Shown here piece after piece: positions 47,816-56,155 of a DNA stretch of 64,000 nucleotides (its first letter is position 1; each line of letters opens with the position of its first letter). Made by a program: the position numbers and the translations under genes. The stretch is from Candidatus Babelota bacterium. GTDB taxonomy: Bacteria; Babelota; Babeliae; Babelales; JACPOV01. The DNA lies in assembly GCA_022707425.1 (NCBI GenBank), contig JAKJAQ010000001.1, forward strand, positions 69,089 through 133,088. The letters run 5' to 3'. The notes under the pieces were generated by a model that was not told the DNA's origin, did no database searches, and saw nothing but the letters and a program-made list of their open reading frames with translations.

Positions 47816-49014
47816 ATTTTGCATCATTTTTTACCACTATCAAACATTTTTTGTGGTTTTATAAACCAACTGAGGGTCGCTTTATTCATTTGGGGTTTGT
47901 TAATGAAGGTTTTAAGCGTTCAGGCATTCCGTGGGTAGAATATGATGGATCGCAACTCATTCCTTTCTGTGCGGCAGATGATATTGGCATTTATTGGTTA
48001 ATTCCACGCATAGCTCATGCGCTTGATTGTTCAGTTGAAAGGGCAATATGCATTTTTTTTTATGGTAGTGCTCTTTTTTCTTGGACTCTTGGGATAATAG
48101 GCTTTTTTTTACTCTATCGTTCTGTTGTGCAAAGATTTGTAGCGTTTATTGGTTTGAGTAGTTTGTTATTGTTAACGCTCTATATTGGTGATGTGTATAT
48201 TCTTTATTCTTCTGCCGCAATGGCTCTGATGCCATTGGGGATGTATCTTTCTTTAAATGATACAAAGCCCATTTATTGCGGAATCTTTGGCGTCTTTGCA
48301 GGATTATTTGTGGGCATTGATCATTTTGTTCGTTCATATTGTGCCGTGCCACCATTATTATTTGTTTTAATTTTATGTTGGTTTCAGCGCGATTGTGCAC
48401 GATCGAAAAAAGGTATTTTAACGTGCGCAATTGTTGTTGGTTTGATGAGTGTTGTTTTTTTTACTCATCATCAAAAAAATAGGTATCATGCGTATATTCA
48501 TCAAAGTTATCCAACTGCGCGACTTGATAACTACCAACATGGTATTTGGCACACGATATATTGTGGATTAGGTTTTTTTAAGTTTATGAATAAGCGAAAT
48601 ATAGAATGGAACGATTCATGTGCGCAAAACTTTATTGAGAGAATGAGGCAAAATAAAAATAATGTAGATTTAAGTGGTGAGGAGATATTAAAAACAGAAA
48701 TTATTAACATTATGAGCAATGAATCACATTTTATGGTGTTCTCACTATTTGGTAAAATCGGTGTGTTAATTTTGTTCTTGCTCTTGAGCGCACAAATCGG
48801 TTTAATTGCTGCTTTTATTGTTCGCAAACCATTGGTAATTGATCTGTCATTTTTTATTGCGTTTGTAACTAGTGCTGTTTTTCCTCTTCTTGCCATGCCT
48901 TTTTTAACGTATGGCCTTAGTTTTATTTCGTGTGCTGTGGTCTATAATATTGTGAGTATCAATTATGCGTATGCTCAATTAATACAAAAACGTTCTACAA
49001 ACTACGCACAATAA
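47812..49014 (+). CDS. Polytopic membrane protein, family B copy 1 (unknown; candidate lipid-linked-sugar transferase or polymerase)
   Basis: ATGA overlap with the GtrB-like gene. About 9-10 hydrophobic helices. GIPWVEYDGSQLIPFCAADDIGIYWLIP and HGIWHTIYCGLGFF are conserved in 51829-52986. Confidence 0.6.
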   Translation: MNFASFFTTIKHFLWFYKPTEGRFIHLGFVNEGFKRSGIPWVEYDGSQLIPFCAADDIGIYWLIPRIAHALDCSVERAICIFFYGSALFSWTLGIIGFFLLYRSVVQRFVAFIGLSSLLLLTLYIGDVYILYSSAAMALMPLGMYLSLNDTKPIYCGIFGVFAGLFVGIDHFVRSYCAVPPLLFVLILCWFQRDCARSKKGILTCAIVVGLMSVVFFTHHQKNRYHAYIHQSYPTARLDNYQHGIWHTIYCGLGFFKFMNKRNIEWNDSCAQNFIERMRQNKNNVDLSGEEILKTEIINIMSNESHFMVFSLFGKIGVLILFLLLSAQIGLIAAFIVRKPLVIDLSFFIAFVTSAVFPLLAMPFLTYGLSFISCAVVYNIVSINYAYAQLIQKRSTNYAQ

Positions 49015-51736
49015 ATTGCTCAATTTTATGTACATGATCTGACCAACTATAATGTTGTTGCGCTTTTAATCGTGCGCGAGAGCCAGCTTCGTTTTGTTTC
49101 GTTACAGATAAGTTAACAAGAACACATATTGAATCAATAAATCCTTGCATATCGGTCGGTTCAACTAAAATGCCAACAAATTGATCGTTGTCTTTTGTAG
49201 TTGAGAGTTCATCTCTTGTAATAGCAGGCGAAATTACTTCGCTTAATTGTTCAAGATTTGAAGCAATGATTGGTTTTGCCATACTTAAATATTCAAACAA
49301 TTTTGTTGGAGAACCAAAGAAACGTGTTCCATCACGATTTGGTTGCGTTGGGCAAATAAAAGCATCACACGCAGCTAAATAATCTCGTGCACATTCCGCC
49401 GAAACTAAGCCGGTAAGTGTTACATAATCTGTTGAATTTGTACGCTCTATTTCTTGCACAAGATACGGTTTAAGCATGCCATCACCAATAAGAAGAAAAT
49501 GAATGGTGGGGCAATATTTGATAACGTGCGGAATAATTGATGCAATCATTTCAATGCCATGCCAAAATGAAAAAGTACCAACAAATCCGACCACAAATTT
49601 ATTCTCTATACATAACTGGGTACGGATTTTATGACGTGTTTGTATGAGCGCTAACGGATTATACACATCAGTATCTACACCGTTTGGATTAACTAATATT
49701 TTTCTTGGATCAATATTTTTTTCTATTAAATCATCTTTAAGTGCTTGAGAAACAACAATGATAGAATGCGCATACGTTAAATTAAGTGATTCAATAATTT
49801 GTGCATAAAAATTGAATTTAAACCATTTTTTTGGTGCTAATTGATGAAATTGCCACACTTCAGATCCGTTGTATTCTAAAATAAGTGGTATTTTATACCA
49901 ACTACTCAGTAATAAACCAGTGGCATTTAATAAACTATAGCGTTGATAAAGAGCATCAAATCGATTTTTTTTAAAAAGACGTCTCAATTTAAATGCAAAA
50001 AAAAATGTGGAAAATATACATTCAAGACGCCAGCGTAAATACCCTAATTTCCATCGCAACAGAAAAAACAACGGTGGTATTCGAAGATGAATAAAGTGTG
50101 AAGTAAAATTATTTTTTAAAATGGTCTGCATTGCTGATGATGCAATGATTATATTGGTGCCTTTTTTTTGAAATGCATTAATGACCCCGAGTGTATGAGC
50201 AATTGAACCGCCCGCAGTAATTTCGTCTGAGCAGATATCAGTGCGAAGATATAAGAGACTCTGTATGTTATTAATTAAAATAGGAGTTGAAGGGATCACT
50301 TTTGAGAAAAGTTTGACAATATATTCATGAATGTAGCGTGTTAGTTTTAATTGTTCATGAGGGGCAATAATGTGACTCATAAGGAGAGAAATCGGCCACA
50401 TGAGAACAACCAAAAGATAAAAAAGATAATGTGCATGGGTAAAAATGCAACATTCAATTAAGGTTAAATGAACAAAAAGAAGAACAATTAATTTAATGAA
50501 CCATCCAAATGAAAAAGGTGTTTGATACACTCGATTGCTTAAATAAAAGCTACAACTGCCATATAAGAAAAAACAAACAGAGTTTGCTAGAAAAATTCCC
50601 CACATATTAAATGAACCAGTCAATATAAGCAATGAGATTTGAGTTGCCAAAGCACCTATTCCTAAAACGGGAATATAGGTAGTTGTTGTGGAAAGAGTAA
50701 ACCCTGCTTGAAAAACGCGAGCAATTTCCAGAAAGATGAGTGGGATGAAAAAACCGGGCAGATATTTGAGAAGAAAGTGATATTTGTGCGGAAAAAAAAG
50801 CATTATTCCTGCAAATGAGCCAATAATAGTGAAAAGGCCAATTGTCACCAAAGCAAGAATAAAATAACGCATTAATTGTGAAATTAAAATGCGTTCGTTT
50901 TGCTCTTTTTGTGCATTGTAGATTAAAAGAGGCCATGCATCAATGAGCGCGATGGCAACAAATTGAAATAGAGCACCGAATCGCCATAAAAGAGCATAAA
51001 CTCCAAGCATTTCGTACCCGTGAACTTTTTGCAAATATAGGCGATCAACACTAAAAAAACTTGCATACATAAAACTATAAATAACAAGCGGCAAACTATA
51101 ATTTAATTGTTCTTTAAAAATTGAATATGAATAAAATCGATAATTCCAAAAAAGTTTTGCAAACACAGGCAGAAAAATAAAAAATGAACATGCATTACCA
51201 TACCACAATGCTTTGATTCGATAACCAAGAGAAATGCCAATTAAGGTAAGAATGGTTGCTATGATGTTTTGTCCGCAAAAAAAAACAAGATATGAAACCA
51301 CTTTTTCTTGCATGCGAATATAAGCAAGAACAAGAGAAAAAAGTGTAAAGAACGAAATGCTTAGGCTAATCAATAAAAGTTGAGAGAGATCAAACGAAAA
51401 AAAATGAAATTTATAGAGAAACAGAGCAACAAATGGAAACAGAAAAGCACCGCACAAGGCGGTTAATAATCCGTTGCCAATTGACTGCTTTTTTTTAATT
51501 TCATCATCTTGATAAAGAAGGTAAAATCTAATCATTCCCGTTGCGGCAACTGAAGAAAGAAGAAGCGTGCTATATGAAAAAATTAACTGATAAAAATCCC
51601 AAATGCCAAATTCTTCAAGTGTTAATTTCGAGAGTAAATATGGCAAAAAAAGGAAATTAATTGCGCGCACGAGGGTAGAACTGAGCGCAAAAAAGAACGA
51701 ATTGTAAGCTCCTCGCTTCATATAATTAAGTATCAT
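48995..51736 (-). CDS. Fusion protein: N-terminal Wzx/MOP-type polysaccharide flippase plus C-terminal GT4 glycosyltransferase
   Basis: The N-terminal ~490 aa are polytopic, with LVRAINFLFLPYLLSKLTLEEFGIW. The C-terminal ~420 aa (nt ~48995-50260) carry GGSIAHTLGVINAF and FICPTQPNRDGTRFFGSPTKLFEYLSMAKPIIASNLEQLSEVI, paralogous to 43227-44447. It overlaps the convergent gene by 20 nt. Confidence 0.7.
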   Translation of the reverse strand: MILNYMKRGAYNSFFFALSSTLVRAINFLFLPYLLSKLTLEEFGIWDFYQLIFSYSTLLLSSVAATGMIRFYLLYQDDEIKKKQSIGNGLLTALCGAFLFPFVALFLYKFHFFSFDLSQLLLISLSISFFTLFSLVLAYIRMQEKVVSYLVFFCGQNIIATILTLIGISLGYRIKALWYGNACSFFIFLPVFAKLFWNYRFYSYSIFKEQLNYSLPLVIYSFMYASFFSVDRLYLQKVHGYEMLGVYALLWRFGALFQFVAIALIDAWPLLIYNAQKEQNERILISQLMRYFILALVTIGLFTIIGSFAGIMLFFPHKYHFLLKYLPGFFIPLIFLEIARVFQAGFTLSTTTTYIPVLGIGALATQISLLILTGSFNMWGIFLANSVCFFLYGSCSFYLSNRVYQTPFSFGWFIKLIVLLFVHLTLIECCIFTHAHYLFYLLVVLMWPISLLMSHIIAPHEQLKLTRYIHEYIVKLFSKVIPSTPILINNIQSLLYLRTDICSDEITAGGSIAHTLGVINAFQKKGTNIIIASSAMQTILKNNFTSHFIHLRIPPLFFLLRWKLGYLRWRLECIFSTFFFAFKLRRLFKKNRFDALYQRYSLLNATGLLLSSWYKIPLILEYNGSEVWQFHQLAPKKWFKFNFYAQIIESLNLTYAHSIIVVSQALKDDLIEKNIDPRKILVNPNGVDTDVYNPLALIQTRHKIRTQLCIENKFVVGFVGTFSFWHGIEMIASIIPHVIKYCPTIHFLLIGDGMLKPYLVQEIERTNSTDYVTLTGLVSAECARDYLAACDAFICPTQPNRDGTRFFGSPTKLFEYLSMAKPIIASNLEQLSEVISPAITRDELSTTKDNDQFVGILVEPTDMQGFIDSICVLVNLSVTKQNEAGSRARLKAQQHYSWSDHVHKIEQFIVRSL

Positions 51737-51828
51737 CCAACGCTCCCGTTTTTTTAAAATTTTACTGTATTTAGTATAATTGATTTAAGTTAAAAAAAAT
51801 GAAACAAAAAAAGGTAATGGAGAAGAGA

Positions 51829-52986
51829 ATGAATATTATGGGATGTCGTTTTACGCATCTTTTAGCAACAATGGCAGGATACCAAAAAACAGGAATTTCA
51901 TTAATCGAATGGGATGGCAATCAATTATTACCAACATCTTGTGCTGATGATCTAGGCATTTATATTCTTCTGCCTAAACTTGCGACATTTTTTGGTCTTA
52001 GTATTGAGCAAGCAATTTCATATTTTTTTTATATTCTTCTTATTGTCCCAGCGGCGATTGGCATTATTGGTTTTTGTGCAGTGTATAAACACATTGTTCA
52101 GCGATTTATAGCTGTTTTTGGCGTGCTTTTACTTACGCTTTTTGCCAAAGCCGTAGGCGACGTATATTTGTGTTATAGCTCTAGTTTGCTTTTAATTCTT
52201 CCTTTTACCGTTTATTTTTTTGAAAACAGAAAGTTTGACAACCTTTTTTTGTTTTTTTGTCTGAGCATAGGTTTCATGGTAACAACATTGCAATTTATAC
52301 GATCGTATAGTGCTATTGCTCCATTAATTTTTTTTCTTATACTGATGCTCCTTGATATACAGCTTTCAATAATACGCAAGCTCATTTTTATTGGAACATG
52401 TGCAGTTGGTATGATGATGCCACTTTTCTATTTTAATGCTGTGCAGAATGAATCTTTGCGATATGCAATCCAAAATAATCTGATTGATACTAAGCAAGAA
52501 AAAAAACATCCACTGTGGCACACATTGTATGTAGGTTTTGGATTATTGCATTTCAAAAATGAACACCAGATCGCTTATGATGATTCATGCGCTGCCAAAA
52601 AAGTTCAATCAATTGATAATTCGATAGCTTACTGTTCGGCAGAATATGATGCGATATTAAAAAATGAAGTAATTAATCTTTTTAAATATCATTTTTTGTT
52701 TGTGTTGTTAACGCTTTTTGCAAAACTAGGAGTACTTTTTTATTTTTTATTGAAATTTGCAAATGTTGGCCTTATTGCAGCACTTTTTTATCCTAAATCA
52801 TGGGTTATTGAATTGGGTTTCTTCTTTGCACTGGCATTTAATTCATTATTCGTCTTTATTGCCATGCCAATTCATGAATATGCACTCGGGTTTATTGCAG
52901 CCGCTGCTCTTTATGGAATTGTAAGTATAAATCATGCACTGTCTAAGTTAAAACGAGTGAAATTGCCGCTATTCATATTTAGATAA
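51829..52986 (+). CDS. Polytopic membrane protein, family B copy 2
   Basis: GISLIEWDGNQLLPTSCADDLGIYILLP and HPLWHTLYVGFGLL align with 47812-49014. The ATG at 51829 (MNIMGCRF) follows GGAGAAGAG; the ORF-track ATG at 51799 is the alternative. Confidence 0.6.
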   Translation: MNIMGCRFTHLLATMAGYQKTGISLIEWDGNQLLPTSCADDLGIYILLPKLATFFGLSIEQAISYFFYILLIVPAAIGIIGFCAVYKHIVQRFIAVFGVLLLTLFAKAVGDVYLCYSSSLLLILPFTVYFFENRKFDNLFLFFCLSIGFMVTTLQFIRSYSAIAPLIFFLILMLLDIQLSIIRKLIFIGTCAVGMMMPLFYFNAVQNESLRYAIQNNLIDTKQEKKHPLWHTLYVGFGLLHFKNEHQIAYDDSCAAKKVQSIDNSIAYCSAEYDAILKNEVINLFKYHFLFVLLTLFAKLGVLFYFLLKFANVGLIAALFYPKSWVIELGFFFALAFNSLFVFIAMPIHEYALGFIAAAALYGIVSINHALSKLKRVKLPLFIFR

Positions 52987-53068
52987 TTATTTTTGTTTTT
53001 TTCAATTTGTTCTTCTTGCGACTCTAAATGAAGTATCTTAAAAGATGGGATATATAAGGGGGAATCGT

Positions 53069-54196
53069 ATGAATAATAGTAAACATATTGTTTGGATGTA
53101 TATTTTTTTAGTTTTTATTTTATCGCAAAAACATGTTTTTTGTATGGAACAGGAACATGATTCTGATGAAAATAAACGAAAAAAAGAAAAATTAATTACA
53201 GAGCAAAGACAAAAATTATTAAAAAAGCATGCTTCTTCACCTTCATTGAATGGTGATCCATTTAAATATATACAAGAAAATAATTATGAAAAATTAAAAG
53301 GGTTAGCTGTTTTAGATCCATCGCTTAGAAAATTTAATAAAGATGGTGAATCAACTTCTTTGTTGCTGGCTGCCATTATCAATGTAAAAAAACAAAGAAA
53401 AAAACAATCTACCGTGGCACGAGCAATTCTCGGCTTGATGCTTAAATGTCCAAACATAAATGAACAAATATTGAATGAAGCGCTCGATTACGCAAAAATC
53501 CAGGTGAATCTGAGTAAAGACGAAAAAACTAAGGCAACAATGAACGATGTTGTTTTTGCCTTAAACAGTGTTATTTCACTTTCTGCGATGAAAAAAACGG
53601 CTGAAAAAAAAATTAAAGAATTCAAAGAAGATCCCAAATCATTTGATGATTACAAAAAGCTCATTCAGGCAGAGCAAAATGTTGACAATAATAATAATGA
53701 AAATGTGCCGCGCAAAAGATCTGAAAGTGTGGTAAAAAAAATGAAAGAAGAAACAAACAAAGATAAGGAGAAATTTTTTAAATTTCTCCAAGATGGCCCG
53801 CCGATTGCTCAACAAAAAAAAGAAAAGAAAAACATAAAAAAAAGAGAGAAACAAGACCAAATCGTGCTGAATCAAGCAGAACATCGAAAAAATATATTTG
53901 ACCGACTCAGACTTCCATGGGGTAATTCAAACGAAAAAAAACTGGAAATGATAACTAAGCAATTACAGAATCAAAAAATAACATCGACTTTAAAGCACGA
54001 AAATGCGCCACCACCGGCCAATAGTATTATTTCATCAAGTTCTTTTTCGAATAGCAATCCTAATTTAACTATCGGTCTAAGTCATAGTGCTGATGAAAGT
54101 CCTAAAAGTTCAAGCTTGGAAAAATATTACGGTCAACCAGGAATAAAACAACCGAAAAAAAAGTTTGATCCTGATAACAATAATAATAATCAGTAA
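53069..54196 (+). CDS. Exported Lys/Glu/Asn-rich orphan protein (leader-ME class)
   Basis: The ATG at 53069 follows AAGGGGGA. Leader MNNSKHIVWMYIFLVFILSQKHVFC followed by MEQ. Low-complexity basic blocks (KKEKKNIKKREK) and a poly-Asn tail. Confidence 0.55.
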   Translation: MNNSKHIVWMYIFLVFILSQKHVFCMEQEHDSDENKRKKEKLITEQRQKLLKKHASSPSLNGDPFKYIQENNYEKLKGLAVLDPSLRKFNKDGESTSLLLAAIINVKKQRKKQSTVARAILGLMLKCPNINEQILNEALDYAKIQVNLSKDEKTKATMNDVVFALNSVISLSAMKKTAEKKIKEFKEDPKSFDDYKKLIQAEQNVDNNNNENVPRKRSESVVKKMKEETNKDKEKFFKFLQDGPPIAQQKKEKKNIKKREKQDQIVLNQAEHRKNIFDRLRLPWGNSNEKKLEMITKQLQNQKITSTLKHENAPPPANSIISSSSFSNSNPNLTIGLSHSADESPKSSSLEKYYGQPGIKQPKKKFDPDNNNNNQ

Positions 54197-54276
54197 TATT
54201 ATTGCGGCTAAAACTATAAAATTGATAAAGTACTATTACAAAAAACCGTATTGCACGCATTTTAGGGGGAAATTTA

Positions 54277-55740
54277 ATGATGTTAAATCGATCAAATATA
54301 GTTGTAATTATCATTACAGCTTTTTTAATTGTTGGCGCAACAATTGGTGTGTGGCAATGGCAACAACACAAAATGTCGCGTTCTATTTCAAAAATTGAGA
54401 ATGTAAAAAATATCGTTCCTGTAGTGGTAATAGGTTCAGGCCCAGCAGGATTAAGTGCTGCTTTGTATACCGCACGCGCCAAGTTTAAGACAATAATTTT
54501 CACTGGTGCACAACCGGGTGGTGATTTGACCGGTGTGCGTGAAATTGAAAACTGGCCAGGCAAAGAAAAACTTACGGGCATTCATGCTGTTGATGATTTG
54601 ACAGCGCAAGCGCAACATTTCGGTGCTGAAATTATCAATGACACCGTAAAAACAATTAATACTGATAAGTGGCCGTTTCAAATTACTACTGAAGATGGTA
54701 AAACAATAAATGCACTGGCTGTTGTAATTGCAGCGGGAGGAACGGCAAAAAAATTAAAAGTTCCTGGTGCTCTTGAATATTGGGGAAAAGGAGTGGGAAG
54801 TTGCACGATTTGTGAAGCGCCATTCCAAAAAGGTAAAGATGTGACGGTCATTGGTGGTGGTGACACGAGTGCGGATCGCGCATTGCAATTGTCTGCTTAC
54901 GCCAACAATGTTTATTTAGTGGTCAGGGAATCGCGTCTAACCGCATGCGGTACCGTGCAAGATTATTTAAAGAAAGCGCAAAATATTCATATTTTATTAA
55001 ATACGCAGTTATTAGAAATTAAAGGCAATGATGATGGTGTTTCTGGTATGGTGACCAAAGATGTTAAAACGGGAAAAGAGACCGAAACGCCTATTAAAGC
55101 ACTTTATTTTGCTATCGGCTACCAGCCAAATTCCGAATGGTTGAAGTCGTCGGTTCATACAGATAAAGAAGGTTTTATTGTTGTTGAGCAGTATTCCCAA
55201 AAAACAAATATCCCGGGAATCTATGCAGCAGGAAACGTTGCACTTTCAGATAAAGCCTATGGTAAAGCAGGTGTAGCAACGGGCAGTGGTGTAAAAGCAG
55301 GAATGGATGCAATTGAATTCCTGGAAAATATTGGTTTTGTTCCAGAAGTTGCTGAAAAAATGGAAGATCAATTTTTTATCGATGAACATGCACAAACGCC
55401 AATAAAAGGTATTACTACCAAAGAGGAACTTACACGCACCGTTAAAGAAAACCCACGAAAATTAGTGCTTGTTGATTTTTATGGCGAATATTGTCCGATG
55501 TGCCGCAAAATGATGCCAACATTGCAATCCCTTGCAAAAGATGAAGCACAAAGTCTTGTTATTTTAAAAGCTGAACAAACAAAATCGACCGTATTAACAA
55601 AAGAATTTAATGTTACTTCTGTTCCTTGTTTATTTCTTTTAAAAAATGGAAAGAAAATTTGGGAATGCAAAGACACCATAGAGGCGAATGTGCTTGAAAA
55701 GACCGTAAAGTCATACTGTTCTATTGGCAACGGAGAGTAA
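54277..55740 (+). CDS. trxB: Thioredoxin reductase fused to a C-terminal thioredoxin domain, with an N-terminal TM helix
   Basis: N-terminal helix IVVIIITAFLIVGATIGVW. FAD motif VVVIGSGPAGLSAALY, redox CTIC in GVGSCTICEAPF, and NADPH motif VIGGGDTSADRA. C-terminal Trx fold VLVDFYGEYCPMCRKMMP. AGGGGGA SD. Confidence 0.85.
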   Translation: MMLNRSNIVVIIITAFLIVGATIGVWQWQQHKMSRSISKIENVKNIVPVVVIGSGPAGLSAALYTARAKFKTIIFTGAQPGGDLTGVREIENWPGKEKLTGIHAVDDLTAQAQHFGAEIINDTVKTINTDKWPFQITTEDGKTINALAVVIAAGGTAKKLKVPGALEYWGKGVGSCTICEAPFQKGKDVTVIGGGDTSADRALQLSAYANNVYLVVRESRLTACGTVQDYLKKAQNIHILLNTQLLEIKGNDDGVSGMVTKDVKTGKETETPIKALYFAIGYQPNSEWLKSSVHTDKEGFIVVEQYSQKTNIPGIYAAGNVALSDKAYGKAGVATGSGVKAGMDAIEFLENIGFVPEVAEKMEDQFFIDEHAQTPIKGITTKEELTRTVKENPRKLVLVDFYGEYCPMCRKMMPTLQSLAKDEAQSLVILKAEQTKSTVLTKEFNVTSVPCLFLLKNGKKIWECKDTIEANVLEKTVKSYCSIGNGE

Positions 55741-55776
55741 TGTTATACGAATCAACAAACCATCAAATAGCCTTAA

Positions 55777-56139
55777 TTACTCTTTAGAAGCAGTAACGGT
55801 CAACGAATATGCTGAATTTGATTCATCATTAGCAGCTACGGTAATGGTTGCAGCATTGTTGAATGTTGCTTCGATTACTGGTTGGCTGATCAGTGATGAT
55901 CCATTTTCAGTTTTTGCAAAGACTTGTCCTGCAATCATGACTTTTTCATCATTTGCTTCAACAGTTAATTCGATCAAAGCAAAATCAGATTCAAAACTGA
56001 GCACTGACGGTTGATTTTCATCAAAAGAAGCTGATTGCAAAAAGCTGTTTTCATTCAAACTAAATGAAACGTCAAGTTTTGCAGCAAAAGCTGTAATGAA
56101 TGATGATGATAATACTAATGCGCTTAATAATTTTTTCAT
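55777..56139 (-). CDS. Small secreted beta-rich hypothetical protein
   Basis: Signal peptide MKKLLSALVLSSSFITAFA and an AAAGG SD. Preferred over the antisense ORF 55724-56014. Confidence 0.5.
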   Translation of the reverse strand: MKKLLSALVLSSSFITAFAAKLDVSFSLNENSFLQSASFDENQPSVLSFESDFALIELTVEANDEKVMIAGQVFAKTENGSSLISQPVIEATFNNAATITVAANDESNSAYSLTVTASKE

Positions 56140-56155
56140 TATTTACCTTTCAAAA

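Noticed and set aside
35408-52986. Could the glycan region be a mobile genomic island?
   Set aside because: I saw no integrase, transposase, flanking tRNA or direct repeats, and no obvious compositional break by eye. The duplications look like local paralog expansion rather than insertion of a mobile element.
54102-54581. A 159-aa minus-strand ORF spanning the end of 53069-54196 and the start of the TrxR fusion
   Set aside because: It is antisense to two better-supported genes, one of which carries clear FAD-binding motifs. It has no SD and no recognisable motif.
55724-56014. A 96-aa plus-strand ORF antisense to 55777-56139
   Set aside because: The minus-strand ORF has a classic signal peptide and an SD. 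The plus-strand ORF overlaps the TrxR stop and has neither.
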